This document shows positions 1 to 12,400 of a stretch of 64,000 bases of DNA, piece after piece; position 1 is the first letter of the stretch; each line of letters starts with the position of its first letter. The position numbers and the translations under genes were made by a program. The DNA is from Macrostomum lignano. Its lineage: Eukaryota. The DNA is taken from assembly GCA_002269645.1 (NCBI GenBank), contig NIVC01002956.1, positions 1 to 64,000 of the forward strand, read 5' to 3'. The notes beneath the pieces are model-generated. The model did no database searches, was not told the DNA's origin, and saw only the letters and a program-made list of their open reading frames with translations.

Positions 1-270
1 ATTGAGAGCACTTGGCCATCTGAAGCAACTCCTCATGAGAGCACTTGGCCATCTGAGGCAACTCCTCATTGACAGCACTTGGCCATCTGAGCAACTCCTC
101 ATTGAGAGCACTTGGCCATCTGAGCAACTCATCATTGAGAGCACTTGGCCATCTGAGCAACTCCTCATTGACAGCACTTGGCCATCTGAGCAACTCATCA
201 TTGAGAGCACTTGGCCATCTGAGCAACTCATCATTGACAGCACTTGGCCATCTGAGCAATTCCTCGTTGA
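1..270. repeat. 33-bp minisatellite (ATTGASAGCACTTGGCCATCTGAGCAACTCMTC)n in a lipase intron; runs off the window edge
   Basis: About 8 tandem units read directly. It explains the spurious ORFs 2..286 and 69..356. Confidence 0.95.
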
Positions 271-292
271 GCAAGATTTGCAATAGTCTCAC

Positions 293-2357
293 ATTTCCGT
301 GCACTACTCGCCAGCTGTTGGGCACCAGCCTGTCGAATGCCCTGGCAAAGAAATAGTCACAACTCTCGGCTCGCCGAGCGAGTAGAAGGCCAGACGGCCC
401 GCGGCGTCACGCCATCAATGGCGGCCAGACTGGCTGCTGCGAGGGCCGCCATTGCGCCTCCGAGTGAGTGTCCGGTGACAACAGGCTGTGGTCAGGGTTG
501 GCCCGCATCAGCGCCAGCGTCGGCTCGTGAAGCTGCGGCCAGAGCGCTTTGAATCCGTTGCTAAAGTACGCCTGTACTTTGCCGCCGATCGGGAAGGCCT
601 CCTTGGCATGGCGAGGCCCATGAGGCCCTCAACCAGCAGTTGGCTGCTGCCGGTGGTGCACGAAAGGCGAGCACGATCAGCTTGCGGTCCGGCAGGCGGC
701 CTGTGGTTCAGGTTTTGAACTTTTATTTTTGTTTCTCTATCAATGACTTCTTTAAGTCTGTATGGGGTTTTGCCCAGCAAACTCGAACTTGAAAACAAAC
801 AGCAGCAAAACAGAGTAGGAAAAGCGTCTCAGGGCGCGCCTCAAGACTTGGGATCGAACGTCAGAATCTGAAGCGCTGGCGTCAGCAGCTGCAACTCTTT
901 TATCAGCTGTGACCAGCAGGACTTGACAAGACTCTGTGACCTACCTGCTGGAGTCGCCGACGTCACGACAGGTGGCTAAGTCTGCATTTTTGATGACTTC
1001 CCGCTCAGGGGGTGTCTGAACTGGCGGGATGTCTCTCCGACATTTGCGGAACGGCGTCACAGAAGACACAGTGGTAGAGAGCCGCAGCCTGTCTGTCATG
1101 CATACTGTATGACTGATGGTTGCTGTTGGTAGAATAGAATCTACAACTTAGCTTTTCGGCTTAGATGTAGCTTACTCGTAACAGAAGCATGCAACAGTAA
1201 TTTCTAGCCTTTGCTCTGCTTACATGTCCTCCGTGAGAAAGAGACATTATTTCGGAGCAAAGTCAGCAAATCTAGCTAGAGAACTCACCAACAAAGCCGG
1301 AGCACTCGTCGTGCAGCATGTCGCAGGCTGCCACGCCTTTGACGACGTCAACTAGACGGCCTCCGCCTGCCTGCGCCGCCGGCGGGAAGTTCGCCAGACA
1401 GGGCGCCGGCTCCGGAGCGTAGGCAGCGCCCGAGATAGCGGCGGCCAGCTCGCTCAGCCGGGCGTCGAACTCGTAGTGGCCGTTGTCCGGCTCGTGGCAC
1501 TTGCCGGGATCCACGACCTCCTGCGCATGATTGAACTTAATTACTTATTGAAGCGCCTTACGCTTGTAATTTGAAACTCAGTTATAGAGTTTGAGAGGTC
1601 AAAACTAGCATAAAGCTCATAAAGCTTGATTATGAGCTAGTTTTTATCATTTAGTTCTTAAACTCAGCTGCAGTTTTTGTCGTTTGGTATCCATAATATG
1701 ATATCCATCGGAAGGCTTGACTTGTCGACTGTCGGGTGTGAATCCTTAATTTCATGGCAAATCCCATCTCTTCGTGAATACAAAAAAGTATCTTTAAAAA
1801 AAGCTCAGAAGTGCAAGGAAGACAATTTGTTTTAGGAAGTACGAGCTATTTTTTAAAGCTTTCGTTGTCCATATCGAGCAAGAAGAATACTCGTAACTCC
1901 TGTTGTAACCAATAAGACGCTTTGGTTATAAAGGTTAGCGCAAAGGCTTACAGCGGCCCTTTCACACCATCATCAGTCCTCAAGGGCGCCAATCGGACGA
2001 CAAGCCCATTGCGGCCAATATCTGTGCACGAGCCCTAAATTAATGCGGCCACGCACTGAATCGAATCCGGTACTTTGTCGCAAGATTTAGCTTGTAGACG
2101 CGTTAGACTGAACCTGGCAAAAGGATAGGGAATTGCCCCCGTACCTGCGAGGACGAGCACTTGTTGACGAGGGAGCCGGGCTCGTGGCAGGCCAGGTCGA
2201 TGGGGCACCATCGGCAGGAGGTGCCCAGCCAGGACTGGCTGGTGGCGCACTTGGCGCAGTCGGTGTGACTGGAGCAGCTCTCCCGCCTGCCGGCGCGGCC
2301 AGCCGACGATGCCAGCAGTAGCGCCGGGAGCAGCGCAAGAATCAACGGCCGCAACAT
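293..2357 (-). CDS. Secreted class-3 (fungal-type) lipase with a Cys-rich PSI-like N-terminus; 3' exons lie outside the window
   Basis: Exons 2357-2145, 1520-1289 and 700-293 have GT-AG junctions with matching phases. The protein has a signal peptide (MLRPLILALLPALLLASS), IVLAFRGTT, the nucleophile elbow VTGHSLGGAMAALAA, and YSLGEPRVGD...WRVVHGN. Exon 3 needs five single-base restorations to read through. Confidence 0.85.
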
Positions 2358-3133
2358 TTCCTGGCTGCGTGTACTTTTGTGCTACTTTTCTGTAGGAAGT
2401 CCTTTCTGCTCCTGGCTTATGAAGCCCAAATAGTATCTGGAGAAACTTTAGTCCGTAGCAATGGATAAGCGGACAATCGGCCTATGGAGAGGCTTTTTTG
2501 TTCGCTAAAATAATCGACTCAAGAGGCCATCTGCCAGCACTCTCAGGCAGTTCGAAGGTTGAATCAGCTTTTGGCAAATGCCGTGCGTCTGGTACGTGCC
2601 GCTGCTATTATATAAATTGTATCGCATATCACAGATTTAGTATACTGAATAACATGACTTGAACAACTGCGTGGCTTCATGACCTATACTCTGTCAGATT
2701 TGCCAATTCAAGCAGTTTAAATAGCTGATCTCGCATCACGTGAGGAGCATGTAACCATGACCTGGAAGAAATCCCTCTAATGTCGATCTGAGCATTCGCT
2801 TTGAGCATTCAATGAACGTGCTACGAGTGTTATAGTGACGCAATTACTTCCATGAGCAATCGCATGCATGCATAAACTGTACAAAAGCACGTCACATTGC
2901 TTCTGCTTGAATGTATTGGCGAAGTTAAATGATTTATTGCAAAACACATTCTAAATAAGCATTACAGATCAATTCCGACAGCCAAGCGGTAATTAGTAAC
3001 GGCGCATAAGTTGCGTAGGCAATCGCGCTGAATAGGAGCTGGATAATCCATTGTTACGTCATGTTAAATTTTGAATCAAAATCTCACAAGGCAATATGTT
3101 ACATGAAAGTTCAGAGTACAAAGCTGTTAAAAA

Positions 3134-4367
3134 TTAGATGCATTTGAAGAGGTTTGGAGCAGTCGGGACTGCATGAATTGCAGCTGTTGATCTGTCACCA
3201 AAATCGACCCGAGCGCCCAGGTGAGCAGTCAGCGCCCTCCTCGGACACACCTCCGGGTCCTTGACGTCCCTGTGGAGTAGCACGATGCCGCGCTGCCGAG
3301 CGGTCTCAGTCGCTGTCTCAAGATAGAGGCTGGATTCGAACTTGCGATCGAAGATGTCGAGGTAGGACAGACTCTCGGCCAGGCAGAGAAACTGCAGCAG
3401 GGCTTCGTCGCTGATGCGGGGCACACCGAAAAGGTTGAGGTGTCGCAGGTGCGGGCAGACTGTGCGGATCGACTCCAGGCTGCGGCCGGTGAGGTTGTGA
3501 CAGCAGGTGAGATTCAGCGTCTCCAGCTGGGGGAGGCCCTGCAGCAGCGATCTCAGGTTGGAGTCGGTCATTAGGTAGCCATGGCGACGTAGATTCAGGA
3601 TACGCAGGCCGGGGCATCGGGTGCGAACGATGGCGAGCGACTTCGGTGTCAGGTAGCAGCCTTCGAGGTCCAGGATTTCAAGTGAAGAGGACAGTATGCA
3701 ATCCAGAGTTTGATTGTTGAGCATCTTTTTACTGCGAAGCCGCTGTATGAGTTGGCTGCGGGAGAACAAAAGTTTTTCATGCTTTGCATAATAATTCGAC
3801 TCTGTTTGTCCATATTTATTGTGTAGCAACTTTTGCTTACCTTATCAGATAGTCGTCATTGAAATCGGAGAAGTCGTATTGCTTAATGTTCATGGCAATG
3901 GCATCCAGGCATATTTCTCCAAGTTTTTTTACTCTTGAATTGTCATGAAATGGCTTCTAAAAAGGAAGGAAGTAGTTTTACGTTTAAATCTAACTTGAAC
4001 TGTTAATTGTTGTCATTTAGCTGAAAATATCTATGAATGGCATCTTTAAGACCGAAGTGATACTTACCTCTTCAAGCCGCCGTCCAAACGTAGCTCGAAC
4101 GAATTGCTGACCATTTAAAGCATCCTGCTTTATTTCAAATCGTTTCACCCCTCGAAAGGAGACATCTTCTGTTATTACTGACTTCAACAATTCTTGTGCG
4201 TATCCTTTAAGTAAACTGCACTCAAGAAGCTCGTCGAGATCTACAAAGTCCCCGTCGTTAACTGCAAGACCCTCTTTGGCAGCACCATATCGAAGTAAAT
4301 AAGCAAGAATTTTTCCTATCCGTTTGCGCACAATGGGGTCTAGCTGGCCCCTCAGCTTGTCTTTCAT
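3134..4367 (-). CDS. ~345-aa protein: Tpt1/KptA (RNA 2'-phosphotransferase) N-lobe-like domain fused to an AMN1-like leucine-rich repeat
   Basis: Exons 4367-4068, 3956-3841 and 3755-3134 splice in frame (GAG|gtaagt..tttag|AAG; AG|gtaagc..cgcag|C). Exon 1 has KILAYLLRYGAAKEGL..DGDFVDLDELL..KRFEI..FVRAT. Exons 2-3 have KLGEICLDAI and Cys-containing LRRs (LEILDLEGC, LETLNLTCC, LRHLNLFG). Confidence 0.8.
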
Positions 4368-4929
4368 TTTTGAAGATGCTTGATTTTTTGGTCGTATTTA
4401 GATTTGGTCTAAATAATAGTAAATATTACTCGCAATAATATAATGACAGGAAAAGAACTACTTTCTAAGGTTAAAAATGTCCACCTTGCTTTTATTTAGC
4501 TGTAACGAAAATTATTATTCTAAAATGTACAAAAATGTAATAATGCAACAAGCATGCAATCCTTAAAAAAGATTGCGCAAGCAAAACCATATTCGTGCCT
4601 AATGGACATTAGTGTTTCCATGATTCTATTTTAAGATTTTTGCTAGCAAAATTGCAAAAAAACTGATAAGGCCGCTTGTGTATCCAAATGTAGTTAAAAG
4701 ATAGTCTATATATGACTTTTATTTTGTTAATATCGGCTGTTTTCCTGTAAAAAAGAGATCGTTTTTACAAACATTTTTAATTCGGTTATAAGACGAATTA
4801 AATCGGATTGCAGTTGTGACAGTCTAGTGTCCTTTTTAATTTGAGTGGGTTTGATTTCGACAAATCGAACTAGTAGTGCGGACGTACGGAGTAAGTAATT
4901 TTCGAGCTCTAAGTGCTGCTGTTAACAGC

Positions 4930-7900
4930 ATGCAAGTTTTGCGGGTGTTATTTATCTTTCTGGCTGTTGCATGCGTTAATGCTCAAGCTGGGCAAAGGGA
5001 GCCACAAAGATTTCAAAAGCCAAAGCTTGCGTCATTCACGATGCCAACCTTGAAAGTTCTTTATTGGTAAGAGCTCTTTTTATTTTGATGGCTAATATTG
5101 AAATTAGTCTTTAGGTCCAAAACTAAGAGATAGGTCAGCCTTATGTATGAAGTTATGTTATGTAGGCCCTAGGCGGCCAGGCCTACTTAATAAATTAAAT
5201 AATAATACCTTACTTTGGGCTACACTTAGGCCTAGGCCTAGTTTAACATTTAAGAATAAGTATTTAAAAAAATTGCCATTTTTTGTGCTTTGTATAATAG
5301 GGGGTTAGTTTCTTTTAGTGATAATCCATAGTTATCATAGTTTGGAAGGCAACATATATGCCAAGATTTCCTGGTGTATGACAAGGGTCTTACCATTTTT
5401 CAGCATATACCAAGGTATATCCTGGCATACATGGCACAGTAGAGTAGATACATCATGTTAAATGATAATTTTTTTATATTGGCACACAAACCTGGTCTAG
5501 TGTGGTGTACAAATGAGGTTGTCATTTTTTCTAGCATTAAACCTGGCATACACTAATATACCATCCAAACTATGGCATAATTAGGATTAAATAAGGCAAT
5601 ACTCAGCAAATTTCACCAATTTTTCTAGTGCAAATAGGCTATTTCTCCAATGCACTAGGCATCCTTTGTTCTTATAGTTATATCTGCATTTTTTGAAGTT
5701 TTTTTGCTTTTGCTTAATTATAGCACAGATTTCCTTTTTTAGTATATAGGATTATGCTAAGTATATGCCCAAGCCAGGCGCAGATCTAGAAAATTTTTGA
5801 GTAGGAGGCCAAGCTATACCAAGCACTATAACCCTTTATTGGAAAATAGACCTGGTATAGTAATAGGCCAAAAAAGTATGATCAAAATTTCTTTAGCTGC
5901 GGCTAAGGAAGGGGGCCATGGCCCCCCTCTGGATCTGCCCCTGGCCCAAGCAAAAATTGAGTAAGTACAAAAGTATACCAAAAAATAAGTACATACCCTA
6001 ATAAATGACGTTTGAGTTGCAATAATAAATAACCTTTTTGCATTGCATAAGGGGTATGCAGTCATTTTGTCTGCTACCTTTTTGTCTACTGACAGACAAA
6101 ACAACTTTTTAAGAAGAAAAATGAAGGTATAGCTACATAGCTAGTAAAGCTAATTTTCTATAATTATTATTGCAAATCATGCAAAGAGTTAAAATGGGGT
6201 GTCAGTTTTTCTAAGTGTAATTTTGTTTATAGCAATATTTCAAAGAAATATGATATAAATTTTAAATATCCATAGAAAAGAAGAACGTATACTGATAAGA
6301 AAGGATGCTGTAGTTATGAATATTGAAGGCAGAGACAGAGCTCATTGTTAAAAATCATTTGCTGGCTATTATGAGCATTATTATGACCCGATCCAATGAT
6401 AATTAATGCATTTTCATTAGGAACAATTATTCAGCTTACAAAATTCATATACAAAAAGTTAGTGTATGTGTATATGTATACTATGGGTCCCTTGGGAAAA
6501 ATATTTTTAGATTATACACTTGTGCTTCTAGTTCTAATATAATGTACTTTTTAAGATATAAAGGTTTTATTTTTATTATTATATGTATCAGCCTCATACA
6601 ACAACAACAACAAGGTACTGCTCCCGCCGGCCACGCAGTAGCCAGAAAGGGGGGAGCAGTCAGAAAGTGCGTCTCTGGGCCATTGCCCTCAGGTTGAAGG
6701 TGGCAATTCTAAACGCGCTTCCTGGTACAGCTGGGGCCCGGACTTGTTGGGCCTCACGGTCTCCTGCGCCACTAGGCAGAACCAATTGGATAGGGGCCGG
6801 GTCAAGCAAACTTGCTCCCAGTCTTTCCACTTCCACCTCGAAGTGTCTATGCCTCTGGGCTTGCCACTCTCCCATCTATCACACCTGGCAAGCTCTAGGC
6901 AGTCCAGCACCCAAACCCCCAATCACCCCATCTGTGGTCTGCACTGAGGGGAGCAGAAACACAACACTGTTGTTAAGAAACTCATAGAGTTGACTATAAC
7001 AATTGTTATTATTTATTTAGTCTTATAGTCTTAATTAACAAAGTCTATTTAAAGTCTGTTATGATTAATATAATAGAATTATACCACAATGTTTTGCACA
7101 GATTTGAATTTAATATGTGCATCTGTAGTCATGCCCCCTAAATCTTTACCTGTATATAGAGCATTAAGTGTTTAATTATAGGTTTTTAGTTTTCTTTATT
7201 GCTAGTCATGTGGCACTTACTATAGCTTTCTTAAACCCATTTTATATACTGTGATATCCCAATTTTAGCATACATAAATTGATTTAATGTCAGTTCAAGT
7301 CTTTATATTTTACTTTTAATTCCCATATTTTTAGTTACTCCTGAGGCTACCGCCGGGTGTTTGAGGAATTTGCCCACATCTTGTCGCAGAAGTTCCCCAC
7401 TCTGCACATCGAAGGGGACAATTATCCTCCACCCACATGGCGGCAACAACTGTGCAGCACTCTGTCAGTCATCAAATTCGCCATCATCATTGCTATCCTA
7501 TCCGGCTTGGATCCGTTCCCCTACCTGGGCGTGGCCACTCCCCACGTGTTCACCCTGGCGCAGGAGAACAAGCTCTACGCCTGCATGATGTTGTTCTTTG
7601 TTGGCAACGCGATCGAGGGCCAGCTCATCTCCACTGGGGCTTTTGAAGTGTCCTACAATGGTCAGTGTGAATGGGTGAATGGGCAGGGGGTTTGCGGGCG
7701 ACATCCTCCCGCATCCAGCACTGAGGCGATTCTCTGTGCCCTGGGGGTTGGCCCTCATGGCTGTGAATGGCACAACTCCCCCCCCCCAATATGAAACCTA
7801 CGCCAGCATCCATCATCAACCCGGTAAGCTTAACCCAACCCGCAGACATGGTCATCTGGTCCAAACTAGAGAACGGCCGCGTGCCCTCGCCAAGCGAACT

Positions 7901-7958
7901 GATCAACATTATCGACAGCCAGTTATCGATGAGCTCATCGTCCATTCCTAGTTCATAG
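4930..7958 (+). CDS. SELENOT: Selenoprotein T (thioredoxin-like; CYSU motif with Sec encoded by TGA at 7342-7344)
   Basis: Exons 4930-5066, 7335-7660 and 7846-7958. The spliced protein reads LKVLYCYSUGYRRVFEEF...IEGDNYPPP...ENKLYACMMLFFVGNAIEGQLISTGAFEVSYND.VIWSKLENGRVP, which is the SelT family sequence. A SECIS lies downstream. Confidence 0.95.
5775..5943. mobile_element. hAT-type MITE (169 bp) in SELENOT intron 1
   Basis: TIRs CAGGCGCAGATCTAGA and TCTGGATCTGCCCCTG match 14/16. Perfect 8-bp TSD GCCCAAGC at 5767-5774 and 5944-5951. Confidence 0.85.
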
Positions 7959-8123
7959 TTCATACTGAACTTAATTTTTGTTTTTCATAGTGCATGCGAA
8001 ATGACTCGTCTCTTCATTTTTATTTATGTCAAAGCTGTATTACTTATTTTAACTGTCATGAAATTCCCATCTGACCTGCTCTGGATAGTTATACTTGAGT
8101 TACTCTAAGAGAATCTTAGTATG

Positions 8124-8745
8124 TGGAAAGGATTCCCCTTTTGGTATCCAAGGGAAATCCTAGTTGCTATACGGGAAGGATTCCCCTTTCAGTATCCAAG
8201 GGAAATCCTAGTTGCTATACAGGAAGGATTCCCCTTTCGGTATCCAAGGGAAATCCTAGTTGCTATACAGGAAGGATTCCCCTTTCGGTATCTAAGGGAA
8301 ATCCTAGTTGCTATACAGGAAGGATTCCCCTTTCGGTATCCAAGGGAAATCCTAGTTGCTATACAGGAAGGATTCCCCTTTCGGTATCTAAGGGAAATCC
8401 TAGTTGCTATACAGGAAGGATTCCCCTTTCGGTATCCAAGGGAAATCCTAGTTGCTATACAGGAAGGATTCCCCTTTCGGTATCCAAGGGAAATCCTAGT
8501 TGCTATACAGAAAGGATTCCCCTTTCGGTATCCAAGGGAAATCCTAGTTGCTATACAGGAAGGATTCCCCTTTCGGTATCTAAGGGAAATCCTAGTTGCT
8601 ATACAGGAAGGATTCCCCTTTCGGTATCCAAGGGAAATCCTAGTTGCTATACAGAAAGGATTCCCCTTTCGGTATCCAAGGGAAATCCTAGTTGCTATAC
8701 AGGAAGGATTCCCCTTTCGGTATCCCAGGGAAATCCCAGTTAATA
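8124..8745. repeat. 48-bp minisatellite (~13 units) between the SELENOT stop codon and its SECIS
   Basis: Unit GGATTCCCCTTTCGGTATCCAAGGGAAATCCTAGTTGCTATACAGGAA. It explains ORFs 8121..8783 and 8123..8743. Confidence 0.95.
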
Positions 8746-8864
8746 TGCGACAAAAATATCAAATCCAGCAGTATCCAAGGTAAAATCCATTCGAACAATC
8801 TGCATTACTTAAGATAAAATGCAAATGTCAGAAGCGACTCGCTGCTCTAACCAAACAGAACTCA

Positions 8865-8945
8865 CACAGCGCGCTCTGAATGACGAACAGTTTGGCCGAA
8901 AACTCGTAACAAAATTCGAGTGGCCACTGGTCTGAAAATGGCTGC
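8865..8945 (+). promoter_or_regulatory. Type II SECIS element of SELENOT
   Basis: ATGA core at 8880. Helix II pairs CGAACAGTTTGGCC with GGCCACTGGTCT. The apical AAA (~8899-8902) is followed by mini-helix CTCG/CGAG, and the 3' TGA core is at 8933. Confidence 0.85.
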
Positions 8946-9553
8946 TTAAAACAGTTGAGCAGCCGGCGCCTGCCTGTCAGTCTGTACAGTCTCAGGCGAT
9001 AACTGATTGACCCAATTGATTTCTGATTTCTGTTCCAGCGCTTATCCCAGATTTACCAGTCGATATTGAATTAAAAACGGTTTGCGTTTGTTTTCAGTTT
9101 TTGCAAATTCTTTCTGCATCGATCCTAAAGCTAAATTTTACCCATAATTTGTTATTGGATTAATAAACGCAAGCATGTGTACACCCGGATGTTGTCTTTT
9201 AGAGCTTTCTTGTCGGTTTTATTTATTTTTTGTAAATCCTTAGTCTAATTTCTTGATTGGTCCTGCTTGTATCAATAGTTTGAAAATAGCAATTGATTTC
9301 ACCTGCCCCAATGGGTAGATGTGCAACCGACAGTTCAGCCGCAGCCATTGCGCGGCGCATCTGAAGGCTGCGCACGTCCTTATCTTGCTCAAGGACACAC
9401 AAATTGTTCCGAGTGGGTCGGGAATCGAACCCCCGTCGTGAGACCCATAGGCTACAACCCCCATTAAAATGAGGAAAGTTGGCCAGTGCAAAGAATTTTC
9501 CCATAGATTTCGAGACCGAATATTCGACCCCCCCCACAGCTGCAGCAGCAGGC

Positions 9554-11117
9554 ATGACCACAGCTCACAGGCCGACATTCGACACCGCCCGCGGCGGGCA
9601 GGGCATGCGCGAGCGCGACCTGAGCGCCCAGTCCAAGCAGTACAGCTCGCGCGATCTGCCCAGCCACACCCGCCTGAAATACCGCCAAGACGGCCAGGGC
9701 ACCGCCGAGGATGCCCGAGTCAGCAGCCGCGACTTCAAGCGCGACCTGGAGGACCGCGAGCGCCGACATCGCGGCGGCGGCGGCGGCAGCAGCGCCGATG
9801 AGCCATCGACCTCCTCTTCGTCGTCGAAGCGGGCCCGTCTGACCGACGGCTCCGCTGCGGCGCTGCCGGCCAACCTGGACGCCGACGACGCGGCCGTGGC
9901 CGCCGCCGACTTGGATTCGGACGCCGACTCCGCCGACGAAGGCGACGAGGACGAAGCGGCCGAGTTGATGGCCGAGCTGGCCAAGATTCGGCGCGAGCGG
10001 GAGGCGGAGGCCGCGCGCAGGTGGGTCTTGAAGTGTCCGTGGGCATTGTCCTTGTAGACTCGGCTGGGATTTCCCTTCTAGAGTCAGCTGGGATTTCCCT
10101 TCTAGAGTCAGCTGGGATTTCCCTTCTAGAGTCAGCTGGGATTTCCCTTCTAGAGTCAGCTGGGATTTCCCTTCTAGAGTCAGCTGGGATTTCCCTTCTA
10201 GAGTCAGCTAGGATTTCCCTTGTAGAGTCAGCTGGGATTTCCCTTCTAGAGTCAGCTGGGATTTCACTTCTAGAGTCGGCTGGGATTTCCCTTCTAGAGT
10301 CAGCTGGGATTTCCCTTCTAGAGTTGGCTGGGATTTCCCTTCTAGAGTCGGCTGGGATTTCCCTTCTAGAGTCAGCTAGGATTTCCCTTGTAGAGTCAGC
10401 TGGGATTTCCCTTGTAGAGTCAGCTGGGATTTCCCTTCTAGAGTCGGCTGGGATTTCCCTTCTAGAGTCGGCTGGGATTTCCCTTGTAGAGTCAGCTGGG
10501 ATTTTCCTTGTAGAATAAGCTGGGATTTCCCTTGTAGAGTCGGCTGGGATTTCCCTTGTAGAGTCAGCTGGGATTTCCCTTGTAGAATAAGCTGGGATTT
10601 CCCTTGTAGAGTCGGCTGGGATTTCCCTTGTAGAGTCAGCTGGGATTTCCCTTGTAGAATAAGCTGGAATTTCCCTTGTAGAGTCAGCTGGGATTTCCCT
10701 TGTAGAGTCAGCTGGGATTTCCCTTCTAGAGTCAGCTGGGATTTCCCTTCTAGAGTCAGCTGGGATTTCCCTTCTAGAGTCAGCTGGGATTTCCCTTCTA
10801 GAGTCCCTTCACCATTCTCCAGTCACCTAATTCCCCCTTTCCCCTGCAGAGAGGCTCAGCGGCAGGCAGATGAGGAGCGCATCCGCACGGAGAACATTCT
10901 CAAGGGCAACCCGCTGCTTAACAAGTCCAAGCAGGGCGCCTCGTCCAGCGGCTCGGGAGGCGGCGACTTCAAAGTGAAGCGTCGCTGGAACGACGACGTC
11001 GTATTTAAAAACTGCGCCCGCGACGATGACGAAGGTCGGCAGCGGCCGGCCAGCTTCATTAACGACACGCTGCGCTCGGAATTCCACAAGAAGTTCATGG
11101 ACAAGTACATTAAATAG
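9554..11117 (+). CDS. CWC15: Spliceosome-associated protein CWC15
   Basis: Exons 9554-10020 and 10850-11117. Contains [60 protein letters not shown] and [20 protein letters not shown]. Confidence 0.96.
10058..10803. repeat. 24-bp minisatellite (AGAGTCAGCTGGGATTTCCCTTCT)n in the CWC15 intron
   Basis: About 30 tandem units read directly. Confidence 0.95.
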
Positions 11118-11414
11118 ACTGTAAAAGTACATTTGCGTTTCCTCCTAGTAATTGCGGGTCTGATTTGCTATAATATCTATCTCGTGTATTTGTTGTAAGT
11201 TTTCATGCTTTGCGTTGCATACTATTAATCAGCGTAAGTTTTATGTGTAATACTTTGCGTACTAATAAATTGTTCATAATAAATTTAATTAAAGAACGAA
11301 AAATGCTGACTACTCTACTAATAGTAAGTATATATACGCAGGTTTAAAAGGATGGCCTGCTGCGTCTTTTTGAATTAATTAGTTCATTCTCATGTCTGAC
11401 ATCATCTTAGCCCC

Positions 11415-12400
11415 TTGGCTCGCTGCCTAATGTGAATCTAAGCTCACTGGCCCAATGCCTAATGGGAGTCTAAGCTCACTGGCTCGCTGCCTAATGTGAA
11501 TCTAAGCTCACTGGCCCAATGCCTAATGGGAGTCTAAGCTCACTGGCTCGCTGCCTAATGGGAATCTAAGCTCACTGGCCCAATGCCTAATGGGAGTCTA
11601 AGCTCACTGGCCCATTGCCTAATGGGAATCTAAGCTCACTGGCCCAATGCCTAATGGGAGTCTATGCTCAATGGTCCACTGTCTAATGAGAGTCTAATCT
11701 CACTAGCCCACTGCCTAATGGTAGTCTAAGTTCACTGGCCCAATGCCTAATGGGAGTGTAAGCTCACTGGCCCAATGCCTAATGGGAGTCTAAGCTCACT
11801 GGCCCAATGCCTAATGGTAGTCTAAGTTCACTGGCCCAATGCCTAATGGGAGTGTAAGCTCACTGGCCCAATGCCTAATGGGAGTCTAAGCTCACTGGCT
11901 CGCTGCCTAATGGGAATCTAAGCTCACTGGCCCAATGCCTAATGGGAGTCTAAGCTCACTGGCCCATTGCCTAATGGGAATCTAAGCTCACTGGCCCAAT
12001 GCCTAATGGGAATCTAAGCTCACTAGCCCACTGCCTAATGGTAGTCTAAGTTCACTGGCCCAATGCCTAATGGGAGTGTAAGCTCACTGGCCCAATGCCT
12101 AATGGGAGTCTAAGCTCACTGGCCCAATGCCTAATGGTAGTCTAAGTTCACTGGCCCAATGCCTAATGGGAGTGTAAGCTCACTGGCCCAATGCCTAATG
12201 GGAGTCTAAGCTCACTGGCCCAATGCCTAATGAGTCTAAGCTCACTGGTCCACTGTCTAATGAGAGTCTAATCTCACTAGCCCACTGCCTAATGGGAGTC
12301 TAAGCTCACTGATATACTGCCTAATCGGAGTCTAAGCTCACTGGCCCAATGCCTAATGAGAGTCTAAGCTCACTGGCCCACTGCCTAATGGGAGCCTAAG
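11415..12400. repeat. 32-bp minisatellite (GCCTAATGGGAGTCTAAGCTCACTGGCCCAAT)n between CWC15 and the endonuclease IV gene
   Basis: About 30 tandem units with higher-order variant patterns. Confidence 0.95.

Noticed and set aside
790-1130. Coding-looking stretch in lipase intron 2
   Set aside because: No sustained ORF or recognisable motif, and the lipase exons already join in phase without it.
6600-6950. GC-rich island in SELENOT intron 1 with FRIATFNLRAM, like a LINE endonuclease start
   Set aside because: Only one short motif, followed by a stop. No other endonuclease or RT motifs are present.
7342-7344. Premature stop (pseudogene) in SELENOT
   Set aside because: The TGA is at the conserved CxxU position and a SECIS lies downstream, so it is a Sec codon.
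9400-9460. tRNA-like sequence on the minus strand (GGTTCGATTCCC B-box)
   Set aside because: The A-box-like motif is too close and no cloverleaf can be built. At most it is a SINE or tRNA fragment.
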